Source: an uncultured delta proteobacterium
Lineage (GTDB): Bacteria > Myxococcota_A > UBA9160 > SZUA-336
Reading direction: 5' to 3'
Assembly: GCA_963704165.1 (NCBI GenBank)
Contig: CAVPHD010000001.1
Coordinates: 480,001 to 544,000, forward strand
DNA length: 64,000 bases
Shown here in pieces: positions 19,187 to 28,543 of the stretch. A model generated the notes under the pieces. That model was given only the letters and a program-made list of their open reading frames with translations. It was not told the DNA's origin and ran no database searches. The number at the start of each line of letters is the position of its first letter. Positions within the stretch are counted from its first letter, which is position 1. A program made the translations under genes and the position numbers.

Positions 19187-20575
19187 CTGGCGAGGTTGGC
19201 GGGGGCGGCGCGCGTGGACCTGACACCCGAGCTGGGTGTGCCCCTGATGGGCTATGGAGCGCGAGTCGGCCGGGCCCGGTCCGTCGCCGACCGCCTGCAC
19301 GCACGCGCCATCGCTCTCGACGACGGCGGGCCGAGCAGCCTGATCGCGGTCTCCGCGGATCTGTGCCTGATCGCGCCCGAACAGGCGATCGACGTGCGAG
19401 AGCGGATCGGCGCCGCAACAGGGGTACCGACCTCGCGGATCCTGGTCGCCTGCACGCATACCCATTCTGGCCCCGACACCGGCCTCGGTGAGCTGCTCGC
19501 GGGCAATCCGGTCCCGGCACACGTGCCGGCGCTCCTCGAGGGCGTTGCGACGGCGGCGATCGAAGCGTGGCGACGACGTGAGCCCGCGACGTTCACCTGG
19601 ACACGGGCGCAGGCACGGATCGGGCGAAATCGCCGCGTCGCCGATGCACCGATCGACGAGGGCATCGAAGTGCTCCGCGTCGATGCGACGTCGGGTCGGC
19701 CGATCGCCGTGCTCTTCCGTCACTCCTGCCACGGAACCGTGCGAGGCCACGACAGCCTCGAGATCTCCGCGGACTGGCCCGGTGCCGCAGCCAGCGCGAT
19801 CGAGTCGTCGACGGGCGCCATCGCGGTCTTTCTGCTCGGCGCGCACGCCGACGTCGATCCGCGAACGCGCGGACTGATGGATCTCGCGATCCCAGGGCAG
19901 AGCGTCGGGCTCGGTGCGGAGGCGGTCCGGGTTCTCGGACGCGAGGTCGCAGACGCCGTGGTGCAGGCCCTGGCGAGCGCCGCGTCCGAGCCGATGGACT
20001 CCGCACCCGTGACCGCGGGCAGCCGCACCGTTCGGCTGCCGATTCATCTCGGCGACCGGACACCCGCGGCGGCGCGTGCCGGCCTCGAGCAGCGCAAGCT
20101 CGAGATCGCGAAGCTCCTGGGCACGAGCGCCGATTCGCTTCCGCGCACCTCTGAGCTCTGGGACTTCGCCAGCGCCGCCACCCGCGACCTTCCGGTCGAC
20201 GAAGCGCGCGAGCGGATTGCGCAAGTTCGTCTGTACATCCGCGACAAGACTTCTCCATTCTTCGTCCAGAACCGGCGCGAGCTTGACGTGGAAGTGCAGG
20301 TGCTCCGCATCGGTCGCGCGGTCCTCCTCGGTCTTCCGCTCGAGCCGACGACGCAGGTCGGACTGGACTGGCGGGATCGCTTCGGCCCGGATCGGATCGG
20401 CGCCGTCATCGGGATCGCGAACGGCTGGCTTCGCTATCTGCCGCACGCGTCGGACCTCGCCCATCCGCGTGCGCACTGGCACTACGAGGTGTTGCAAAGC
20501 CTGCTCGCGCCCGGGGCATGCGAGGCGCTGCTCGCTGCGGGCGAGAGCCTGGCGCGCGAGCTCGGTCGCGCCTGA
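19187..20575 (+). CDS. Neutral/alkaline ceramidase-like hydrolase
   Basis: GAARVDLTP, LMGYG, ACTHTHSGP, HSCHGT, ISADWPG, IGIANGWLRYLP. Start uncertain (CTG 19187 after GGGAGA, or TTG 19196). Confidence 0.8.
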   Translation: MARLAGAARVDLTPELGVPLMGYGARVGRARSVADRLHARAIALDDGGPSSLIAVSADLCLIAPEQAIDVRERIGAATGVPTSRILVACTHTHSGPDTGLGELLAGNPVPAHVPALLEGVATAAIEAWRRREPATFTWTRAQARIGRNRRVADAPIDEGIEVLRVDATSGRPIAVLFRHSCHGTVRGHDSLEISADWPGAAASAIESSTGAIAVFLLGAHADVDPRTRGLMDLAIPGQSVGLGAEAVRVLGREVADAVVQALASAASEPMDSAPVTAGSRTVRLPIHLGDRTPAAARAGLEQRKLEIAKLLGTSADSLPRTSELWDFASAATRDLPVDEARERIAQVRLYIRDKTSPFFVQNRRELDVEVQVLRIGRAVLLGLPLEPTTQVGLDWRDRFGPDRIGAVIGIANGWLRYLPHASDLAHPRAHWHYEVLQSLLAPGACEALLAAGESLARELGRA

Positions 20576-20584
20576 AGCCCGGCG

Positions 20585-21887
20585 CTAGGCCGTCTTCAAG
20601 TCGCCGATCGCCTCGGCGACGCACTCGAAGAGCGGCTCGACCTGACCGACCTCGAGACACGAGAACGCGACACGAATGTCGGTCCGGCCCATCGAGATCA
20701 CGCCAACGCCGTACTTCTCGAGCAAGTGGAGGCGCAGCTTCTCGGCGTCGACGCCCTTCACGCGAATGCACATGAAGTAACCCGCGTTGAACGGGTAGAC
20801 GTCCCAGAGCGGCCGGTACTTGTCTCGGTATACGACCTCGCGCACGCGCGTGGCACGCGCGCGCAGGATCTCGAGCTTCTCGTGGCGCTCTGCGTCGATG
20901 GTGCTCGAGCGCAGTGCCGACAAGACGATGCTCTGCGAGAGCGCCGCAGTGTTCGAGATCGACGCGCGGATCGCGCCCATCAGCTTGCGTTCGAGCGCGC
21001 CGAGCAAGACCGTGGCGTTTCCGACGGGTGGTGGTGCGATCGTCAGGAATCCACAGCGCAGGCCCCAGACGAAGAGCTCCTTCGTCGCACCGTCGAGCTT
21101 GATCGTCAGGACGTTCTCGTGAAGGTTCGAAAGCCAGCCAAACGGCGACTCCCGGATCGCGTCGTCGTCGAAGAGCAGGCCGAAGTAGGCGTCGTCGCAG
21201 ACCACGACCAGCTTCTTGCCCGCGCGCGCCGCGTCGAGCACCGCATCGCGCATCTCTCCGACCTCGGCGGCGGTCGGCATGTAGCCCGTCGGGTTGTTCG
21301 GGAAGTTCAAGACGAGCAGCTGCTTCGCCGGTCCGGCCAGCAGCGCGGCGCGCATGGCGGGGACGTTGAATCGCTCGCCGTCGTAGGTTGCAAACGTCTC
21401 GATCGACGCCGCCCAGGCGCGTCTCGAAGTTCAGCGCGTAGTTGTCCCAGAGCATGTCCGGAATCAGCACGCGGTCGCCCGGATCGACGAAGAGATCGCC
21501 GACCAGCGAGAGACCATGCGTGATCGCGTGCGTCACGATCGGCAGACCGAAGCTGCGCTCGCGCAGCGTCGGGTTCTCGGCCAGGAGCTTCTTGCGCCAC
21601 GCTTCTCGCAGGTCCGCGCGGCCCTGCGCGGGCGCGTAGCGCAGGGCATCGGCGGGAGAGATGTCCTTCAGGTGCGCGATCACCGACGCCAGCACCATCG
21701 GGCCGCCACCCTCGGTCGCCTCGCCGATCGTCGCGTTGAAGCGATTCGCCTTCTCTTTCGCCTCGGCCGACTGCGAAAGGATGCCCTTCGGAAAGTACAG
21801 CTCGCGACCGCGCTGCGAGAGCAGTTCGTAGGTCGCACGGCTCTCGGCGCGGATCTTCTGGTTCAGCTCTTCTGCGATCGGGTGCAC
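20585..21887 (-). CDS. Class I/II PLP-dependent aminotransferase, one +1 frameshift near 21410
   Basis: NATIG, LNFPNNPTGY, DDAYFGL, KLDGATKE..WGLRCGF. Removing one G in GGCGGCG joins the two ORFs. Confidence 0.88.
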
Positions 21888-21919
21888 GCGCCGCACGTTA
21901 GCAGGTCGGGAAGTTCATT

Positions 21920-22381
21920 TTAAGAGATGCGCTCGAGGATGCGCGCGCGTTCGGCGAAACCGTGCCGTCCCCAGTACGCGAGAGCCTCGGTGTTGCTGCT
22001 CTCGACGCGGACCGAAATTCTCGTGACTCCGCGGGAAGCGAAGAACGCGTCGCTCTCGGCGACGAGCCGTGCAGCCACGCCCCGCTCGCGGTGTCCTGGC
22101 TCGACGTAGAGCTCGTGGATCCACCCGGGAGCCGATTCCGGGTTCGGACCGACGCCGCGCTCGACCTCGGCGAACAGGAACCCCACCAATCGAGCCTCGC
22201 GCTCGGCGACGATCAGTCGGCAGCTTGGACTCGAAGCGGCGCGACGGATCTCACCTGCGATCATCGCAGCGATTCCGGGCATCGTCGGATAGCCCGGTGA
22301 CAGGGCGCGGTGGTGATCGACCAGCCGGAGCCAGAGAGCGAGCACCCGCTCACGGTCACCGGGAACCGCGTCGCGCAGCAC
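21920..22381 (-). CDS. GNAT family N-acetyltransferase
   Basis: IHELYVEPGHRERGVAARL (motif A) and NTEALAYWGRHGF. Start uncertain. Confidence 0.85.
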   Translation of the reverse strand: MLRDAVPGDRERVLALWLRLVDHHRALSPGYPTMPGIAAMIAGEIRRAASSPSCRLIVAEREARLVGFLFAEVERGVGPNPESAPGWIHELYVEPGHRERGVAARLVAESDAFFASRGVTRISVRVESSNTEALAYWGRHGFAERARILERIS

Positions 22382-22401
22382 GAGCCTTGCGGCCGGCTGG
22401 T

Positions 22402-23061
22402 CTATTTCAGCACCCGGCGCTCCTTCGCACGAATCATGCGCAGGCTGCCCGCTTTGTCTCCCTCGCTCCAGGTTCCGCGCAACTCGTCCGGGGACGGTCG
22501 CTCCTCGATTTCGAAAACCGACGCCTCCTCCATGCCGCCCAACAGCGTGTCGCCGCCCGAGAGCGAATCGACGACGCTGACCCGCACGCGACCCGGTGAC
22601 CACGTGATCTCCCAGTTTCGCGCGAAGCTGACCGTTCCTCCGGCGCTGGATCCCTCTGGCGCGAGCGACTTCATGCCGGTCGCGATGCTTCCCTCGAGCT
22701 GCTTCGAGCGCATCGCGCGCGTCGAGACATCGACGTGCTTCATGAGCTCGGCGAGTACCAGACCCTCCGGCTGCCAGGGGCGGTGTCCGCGCATGTCTGC
22801 ACGCCGGACCTCCTCGGTTCCCTCGTCGAAGAGCACGTACGGGTACTCGTCGACCTCGAGCTTGGTGTCCTGCTGGCGGATCGACCACGCGAAGTCCTTG
22901 AACTTCGTGATCGACTTGTCCTCGGACTTCGAATCCTTGTAGTGGAGCAGCAGGTACCATTCGCCGCTCAGGTCGAGATCCGAGAGGTCCTCGGCGAGCG
23001 CGAAGCGCGGTCCGGCAAGGAGCGCGCAAGCCATGAGCACGACGAGTCCAAATGAATGCAT
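22402..23061 (-). CDS. Hypothetical exported protein
   Basis: Signal peptide MHSFGLVVLMACALLAGPRFALA, beta-rich mature region, TATACT -10 box 8 nt upstream. Confidence 0.7.
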   Translation of the reverse strand: MHSFGLVVLMACALLAGPRFALAEDLSDLDLSGEWYLLLHYKDSKSEDKSITKFKDFAWSIRQQDTKLEVDEYPYVLFDEGTEEVRRADMRGHRPWQPEGLVLAELMKHVDVSTRAMRSKQLEGSIATGMKSLAPEGSSAGGTVSFARNWEITWSPGRVRVSVVDSLSGGDTLLGGMEEASVFEIEERPSPDELRGTWSEGDKAGSLRMIRAKERRVLK

Positions 23062-23189
23062 AGGCAGCCAGTATAGCCACGTACGAGTTGTGGAATCCCG
23101 CCCCCTGAGGCGGGGGAGTGCCACCACGCTTGGTGTAGACTCGCACGCGATGGCGCGCGTCGGCGCAGTGCGCGCCCGAAGGCGGGGTT

Positions 23190-25142
23190 GTGGCTGCGAT
23201 CTGGATTGTATCTGAAGAATCAGCGCTCTCTACGACGCTGGCGCACCACGTCGATTCACTGGGAGGAGTCTGGCTCGGCGTGCCGGAACCTGCGGGCTTC
23301 AAGAGCGCTCCGCCGCCGGATCTACTGATCCTGTGCGGTGTCGCCGAGAGGTCGGACCGTCATGACGCGCTCGAGCGGCTCCTCGCGTTCGTGCGTCAGA
23401 TTCCGCAGCGGCGCCGCGCCTCGGCGCCCGTGCTCTATCTGGCTCCGGACGGAGAGCCGGACGGCGGTCTCCACCTCGAGCGGCTCTTCGACGACCGCTG
23501 CTTCTCACTTCTGCGGTTCCCCTTCGATCCCGACGAACTGACCGCTCGTGCCCGCGACTTGCTGCGCTCGAGCGAGCGGCCCGAGAGCCTGCGCGAGCGC
23601 GCGCGCAAGCTCTGGGTGACGCACGAGGTCGAACGGCTCTACGCGGGGCTCGACCTGCCCGAGCTGCGCCAGGCCGTCGATCCGCGCAACGCGCATCGCC
23701 CCGTGCTCCTGATCGGCGAACCCGGAACACGCCGCGCGCTGCTCGCGCGCTACGTGCACAATCTGGCAGAGCCGACGCGCGACGCGTTCGTGTCGATCGC
23801 GCTGCGCTCGATGGCGATCGGTGAGCTCGAGAGCGTGATCATGACGCGAACCACGAACCGGCGCGCGACGGCCTACCTCGATGGACTCGATGACGCCGCT
23901 CCGGCGCTACAGGACGAGCTGGCACATCTACTGGGAGCGAGCGGAGCCCTGGCGCTCGAACCGCTGCGCTGGATTGCCGCGGCTACCCGTGGAGGCGGCT
24001 TCGCCCGTCGCGCTTCGCGATCTCGGCTGGCTGCGCGTCGAGCTTCCTCCGCTCCGCGCACGCGCGCGACAAGGCCGCGCTGATCGACGCGGCCTTTCGC
24101 GCGTCATCCGAGCGCCAGGGACGCGAACTCACGCTCGAGCCAGAGGCTCGGGAGCTCTTGGTCGAATACGGCTGGCCGGGAAATCTGCGCGAGCTCGATC
24201 GTGTTTCCGATGCGACCTGTGCGGCGGCATCGGGCACGAAGATCGGCGCGGCGGATCTGCAGATCTCGACTCACTCCCCATTTCACCCTCCGCCCTCGAC
24301 ATCGCCCGTGCCTGAGCCGCCGGCTTCGAGCGATGAGGAGCTGATGCTCGAGACCGTCGCCGAGCGCGACCTCGGGCGAAGACGAGCTCGATCCGGCTGA
24401 GCTGCTCGAGCTCGATGAGCTCGAACCCCTACGCGACACGGAGCCCGAACCCACGTCACCGCCCGAGCCTCGGGCCGCGGAGCCGTCGGACGTGCCGCTC
24501 GGCCTGTCGCCGCGTCAGCTCGTGATCCCGCTCGCTCAGTCCATCCGCGCGCCTCTGCGGGCATTTCGCACCTACGCGAACCTCGTCGAGCAACGGCCGG
24601 ACGACGAGCACGTCCGGCGCGAGCTGCGGACCTTGGTCGAGCAGGATCTCGGCAGCCTCGAGGACACGCTGCAGCGTGTCGAGCGGTTCTCCCGGCTCGG
24701 CCCACCCGTGCTGCGGCCATTCGATCTCGCCGCAGCCCTCGGTGCCGAGCTCGACGCGCGTCAGAGCCAGGCGCGCGCGAAGTCCCTGGTCGTGCTCCGC
24801 GAGCTCGACTCGAGTGCGCCCCCGCTCGTCGCGGACGAGAGCCAACTCCGCCTCGCGATCCGCTCGCTGCTCGACCTCGCCCTCCGACTCGTGCCGGAGG
24901 GCGGCGACCTGTATCTCGGCAGCGCTTGGCGGCCGAAGGATGAGGGGCTCGGCGCGGGTCATCGCATTCTGCTGCGCTTCCACAGCCCGGAGGACGTGCT
25001 GACCGGACCTTCGGGTGAGACGGATGGCGACTATCTCGAGGTCGTGATCGCGCGCGACCTGTTCGCGCGTGCGGGAGGGAGCTTCGCGATCGACGCGAGC
25101 GGCGCGCAGGACAACGTGATTCTGGTCGAGTTGCCGGGCTGA
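23190..25142 (+). CDS. Degenerate receiver + sigma54-activator-like AAA+ + histidine-kinase-like fusion, three +1 frameshifts
   Basis: PVLLIGEPGTRRALLARYVH, VELPPLRAR, YGWPGNLRELD, then HisKA/HATPase-like C-terminus. Frame changes near 23995, 24065 and 24375 sum to 3 bases and return to the start frame. Confidence 0.7.
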
Positions 25143-25166
25143 CGCGCTCCGCTAGCGTCGCTGGGC

Positions 25167-25688
25167 TTGGGGCTCCGACCTCTCACGCGCAAAGTCGCTG
25201 CCGTAGTGACGTCTGCCGACGCAGATCTCGCGACGCTCGTCGTCCGCTACACGCCGCAGCGAGGGAGTCCATCCGAGATCGAGGATCGGATCTACCTCGG
25301 CCGCCCTGGCGAGGTCGCGGCCGTCTACGGAGTCGGCCGCTGGCTGCGCATCCTCCGCGCCGGACGCGTGCATGTACCGGGCGATCCCTACCAGATCTGC
25401 CACGACCCCGAGCACGCGCTCACGCTCTTGCGACGCTGTATCGGTGCGAGCATCCATCTCATCGTCGCCCGCCGGCTCGAACGCTCGATCACGCTCTGGA
25501 CCGACGCCGGTGTCGAGCACGTCGGCGCTGTGATGGACTTCGTCGAGGGGGTGGACGGTCTCTTGATTCGACGCCGTGGCGGTGGTCCGCTGATGCACGT
25601 CGCGCGAGAGAGCTTGATCCGCTTCGAGTCCGCGCTGATCGAACGCCTCGAAGTGATCTCCGTCGATCTGCCGCCGCGCAGCCGATGA
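25167..25688 (+). CDS. Hypothetical protein
   Basis: 173-aa ORF with GC3-biased codons and a TAGCGT -10 box 8 nt before TTG. Confidence 0.6.
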   Translation: MGLRPLTRKVAAVVTSADADLATLVVRYTPQRGSPSEIEDRIYLGRPGEVAAVYGVGRWLRILRAGRVHVPGDPYQICHDPEHALTLLRRCIGASIHLIVARRLERSITLWTDAGVEHVGAVMDFVEGVDGLLIRRRGGGPLMHVARESLIRFESALIERLEVISVDLPPRSR

Positions 25689-25699
25689 GTCCGCCGGAT

Positions 25700-25885
25700 G
25701 ATTTCACTTGCATGCGCGACGTGGGTCTGATTTAAGTTACGTGCGGGTCGCTGCTGCCCCGCGACGATCTGGATCTTCATCGGGGGGTGGAGGATCCGAG
25801 ATTTCGCGGGGCAGCACCCCGCATCGAGCGTTCGCGCTACCCTTCGATTCGACTCCATCCCGCAGAACGTCGAGTGCAAGGAGTC
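25700..25885 (+). ncRNA. Candidate 6S-like structured RNA
   Basis: Closing stem CTTGCA/TGCAAG, CGACGT/ACGTCG, TCTG/CAGA. AU-rich bubble strand ATTTAAGTTAC. Terminal rod with a perfect 13-bp TGCTGCCCCGCGA/TCGCGGGGCAGCA. G-U wobbles favour the + strand. Confidence 0.55.
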
Positions 25886-25898
25886 CAGGGAGGCAAGA

Positions 25899-26153
25899 TT
25901 GTTCGGCATCGGCATGCCGGAGCTGCTCGTGATTCTGGTCGTCGCACTGCTCGTGCTCGGGCCGAAGCGTCTACCCGAGATGGCTCGCTCGCTCGGGCGC
26001 GGGATGGCCGAGTTCCGCCGTGCGTCGAACGAATTCACGCGCACACTCTCCGGATCGATCGAAGAGCCTCCGCCTCAACCGAAGAAGAGCGCGGGCGACG
26101 TCAAGACCGCAGTCGAGCCCAGCGCTGCACCGAAACCGCGCGACGATGAGTGA
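25899..26153 (+). CDS. Twin-arginine translocase TatA/TatB subunit
   Basis: [42 protein letters not shown], directly upstream of tatC. Confidence 0.92.
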   Translation: MFGIGMPELLVILVVALLVLGPKRLPEMARSLGRGMAEFRRASNEFTRTLSGSIEEPPPQPKKSAGDVKTAVEPSAAPKPRDDE

Positions 26154-26904
26154 CGAGCCGCGCCCCATCCTCGATCATCTCTCGGAGCTGCGGCGCCGGC
26201 TCTTCTGGATCATCGGCGCATGGTCGATCTGCTCGCTCGCCGCGAGCTTCTGGCCGAGGGAGCTCTTCGAGATCTTGATGGCGCCGGCCATCGACGCCGT
26301 TCGTTCCTCGGGACATACACTGATTGCTGTCGCCCCGAGCGAGCTCTTCATGACCTACCTGAAGACGATCCTGCTCTCGGGCTTCGCCCTGTCGATGCCG
26401 GTCACGCTCTGGCAGCTCTGGGCCTTCGTTGCGCCGGGCCTTTACGCCAACGAGCGGCGGCTCGCGCTCCCGTTCGTCGTCTCGACCAGCTCGCTGTTCT
26501 TGATCGGCTGCGCCTTCAGCTACTTCTTCGCGCTGCCGCTCATCTTCGGCTACTTCGTCTCGCTCGAAGCCGACTACGTACACACGAGCTGGACGACCCA
26601 GGCGGTCTTCAGCTCGGTTTCGAGCATGTACCTCGCCTTCGGCATCTCGTTCCAGCTCCCGATCGTGCTCGTCGCCCTGGCCTTGGCCGGCGTGGTCACG
26701 CCGAAGCAGCTCGCCTCGAACCGGAAGTACGCCGTCCTGGTGGGGTTCGTCGCCGCGGCGATCCTGACGCCGCCGGACGCGACCAGCCAGGTCATGCTCG
26801 CGGTCCCGCTCTGTCTGCTCTACGAGCTGTCGATCTGGATCTCGCGACTCCTCGTCCGCAAACCCAAGGAACAGCTCTTGCCCGTGGAGTCCCGGGAGTC
26901 CTGA
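26146..26904 (+). CDS. tatC: Twin-arginine translocase TatC
   Basis: [46 protein letters not shown]. Confidence 0.96.
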   Translation: MSDEPRPILDHLSELRRRLFWIIGAWSICSLAASFWPRELFEILMAPAIDAVRSSGHTLIAVAPSELFMTYLKTILLSGFALSMPVTLWQLWAFVAPGLYANERRLALPFVVSTSSLFLIGCAFSYFFALPLIFGYFVSLEADYVHTSWTTQAVFSSVSSMYLAFGISFQLPIVLVALALAGVVTPKQLASNRKYAVLVGFVAAAILTPPDATSQVMLAVPLCLLYELSIWISRLLVRKPKEQLLPVESRES

Positions 26905-27599
26905 TGCGCGCCGATCGAATTGAAGCGGTTCTGCTCGACATGGGCGGTGTCCTCCTTCCCGAGCTTCAGACCTACGAGCGGTCTGCGCGCAACCGCGCCT
27001 TCCTCACCGCCCTCGGCGAGCAGGGCATCACCGACGCGGAGTCGTTCGTGCTCGAGCGCGCCAGGCGACTTCGCGAGGCCTACCGGGCGCTCGAGAAGGA
27101 GTGCCGGCAGCCCGACGTCGACGAGGTGCTCTCGGATTGCACCCCGGTCGTTCGAGGCTTGCTGCTGCGCGCATTTCAGGAGGAGGCCGCTCCCGCAGCC
27201 TACGCGCACGCGAGAGGCGTCGTCGCCGACCTCGCTCGCGACTACGCACTCGGCATCGTCTCGAACAACGCGATGCAGGGTGACTACCATGCACGGGTTT
27301 TGAAGCGCGCCGGAATCCTGCAACACATCGGTTGCGCGGTGTGGTCGGCGAACTTCGGACGACGCAAGCCCGATCCAGCGATGATCTTCCACGTGCTCGA
27401 CTTCCTCGGTGTTCCGGTCGAGCGTGCGATCTTCGTCGGAGACAAGCTGCGCACGGACGTCGCCGCGGCGCGCGCCGCGGGTGTTCGATCGGTGTACATC
27501 CGAAAGCGCGGCGCAGCGTTCGCCTCACGGGAGCTCCGGCCGGACTTCACGATTTCCGACTTGCGCGCACTCCCCGCGCTACTGCGGCAGCTCGGCTAG
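26904..27599 (+). CDS. HAD-superfamily hydrolase
   Basis: LLDMGGVL, IVSN, RKPDPAMI, FVGDKLRTDVAAARAAG. ATG overlaps the tatC stop. Confidence 0.88.
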   Translation: MRADRIEAVLLDMGGVLLPELQTYERSARNRAFLTALGEQGITDAESFVLERARRLREAYRALEKECRQPDVDEVLSDCTPVVRGLLLRAFQEEAAPAAYAHARGVVADLARDYALGIVSNNAMQGDYHARVLKRAGILQHIGCAVWSANFGRRKPDPAMIFHVLDFLGVPVERAIFVGDKLRTDVAAARAAGVRSVYIRKRGAAFASRELRPDFTISDLRALPALLRQLG

Positions 27600-28543
27600 C
27601 CGAGCGAGAGCACGCGCTCGACGAAGTGCGCGCCGAATCGCTCCTCGTCCACCCTCGTCGCGCAGCGCATGGGAAACGTCCGTGCGCTGGCATCCGCGCG
27701 CTCGTGCGTGCGGAACACTCCGTTCTCGATCGTTGGCTCGATTTCGAGATCCTCGTAGCGGCAGAAGGAGTCGTCGTACACGCAGGCCAGCGTCAACGGG
27801 TCGTGCAGGAAGGCGGCGTTGTCCTCGGGCGGGGCTCCGTCCGGATCGAAGAGACGGCGCTGCACGGGAGTCCAGATCCGCACCGCCCTCGCCAGCGCGA
27901 GGTGGATCCCGGCTCCCGTGCGTTCGATTCGCGCGACGTCGGCATCCCGGAGCCGGGTCCGCAGCGTCACGTCGGCGGTGATCAGCGTCGTCGGAATTCC
28001 CGACCGAAGCACCAGGAGCGAAGCGTGCGGGTCCGAGCACAGGTTGTAGTCGACGCCGTGCGGGAGTACGCGCCCGCGGTACGACACCTCGCGGAGATGC
28101 CCTCCCATCACCGTGAGGCGGCCGATGCGCGAGGCGAAGTCGGGATCCAGCGCGAGAGCGACCGCCAGGTTGGTGAGCGGTCCGACGGCGACGATCTCGA
28201 GTCCCGGTCGCCGACGCGAGATCTCGATCAAGGCATCGACGGCGTGTGCATTCGCGAGCGGTGGATCGACGCCGGGCTCGAGAATTCCCTCACCCTCGTG
28301 ACCGAACCAATTGAAGCCGTCGCCGGCCAAGAGCGGGACTCGACAGCCCGCGAAGACCGGGATCTCCGTCCGCCCCGCCAGCTCGAGCAACCGCCGCGCG
28401 ACGTGCGCGCGCAAGCGGACCTCGCGGCCGACGTTCGTTACGGCGAGGATCTCGAGTTCGGGTGAGGCGAGGGCGAGCGCCAGGCAGAGCGCGTCGTCGA
28501 CGTCCGACGCCATGTCGGTGTCGAGGACGATCGCGCGCCTCAT
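27596..28543 (-). CDS. Inosine/uridine-preferring nucleoside hydrolase
   Basis: LDTDMASDVDDA, GPLTNLA, VMGG, YNLCSDPHA, LHDPL. Confidence 0.93.
   Translation of the reverse strand: MRRAIVLDTDMASDVDDALCLALALASPELEILAVTNVGREVRLRAHVARRLLELAGRTEIPVFAGCRVPLLAGDGFNWFGHEGEGILEPGVDPPLANAHAVDALIEISRRRPGLEIVAVGPLTNLAVALALDPDFASRIGRLTVMGGHLREVSYRGRVLPHGVDYNLCSDPHASLLVLRSGIPTTLITADVTLRTRLRDADVARIERTGAGIHLALARAVRIWTPVQRRLFDPDGAPPEDNAAFLHDPLTLACVYDDSFCRYEDLEIEPTIENGVFRTHERADASARTFPMRCATRVDEERFGAHFVERVLSLG

Noticed and set aside
21920..23302. 460-aa ORF as a large GNAT fusion
   Set aside because: Only the last ~153 aa look like GNAT. The upstream part is an off-frame read of the exported-protein gene.
25741..25824. 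SRP (4.5S) RNA or intrinsic terminator
   Set aside because: It lacks the SRP GNRA tetraloop with the CAGG/AGCA internal loop, and has no U-tract on either strand.
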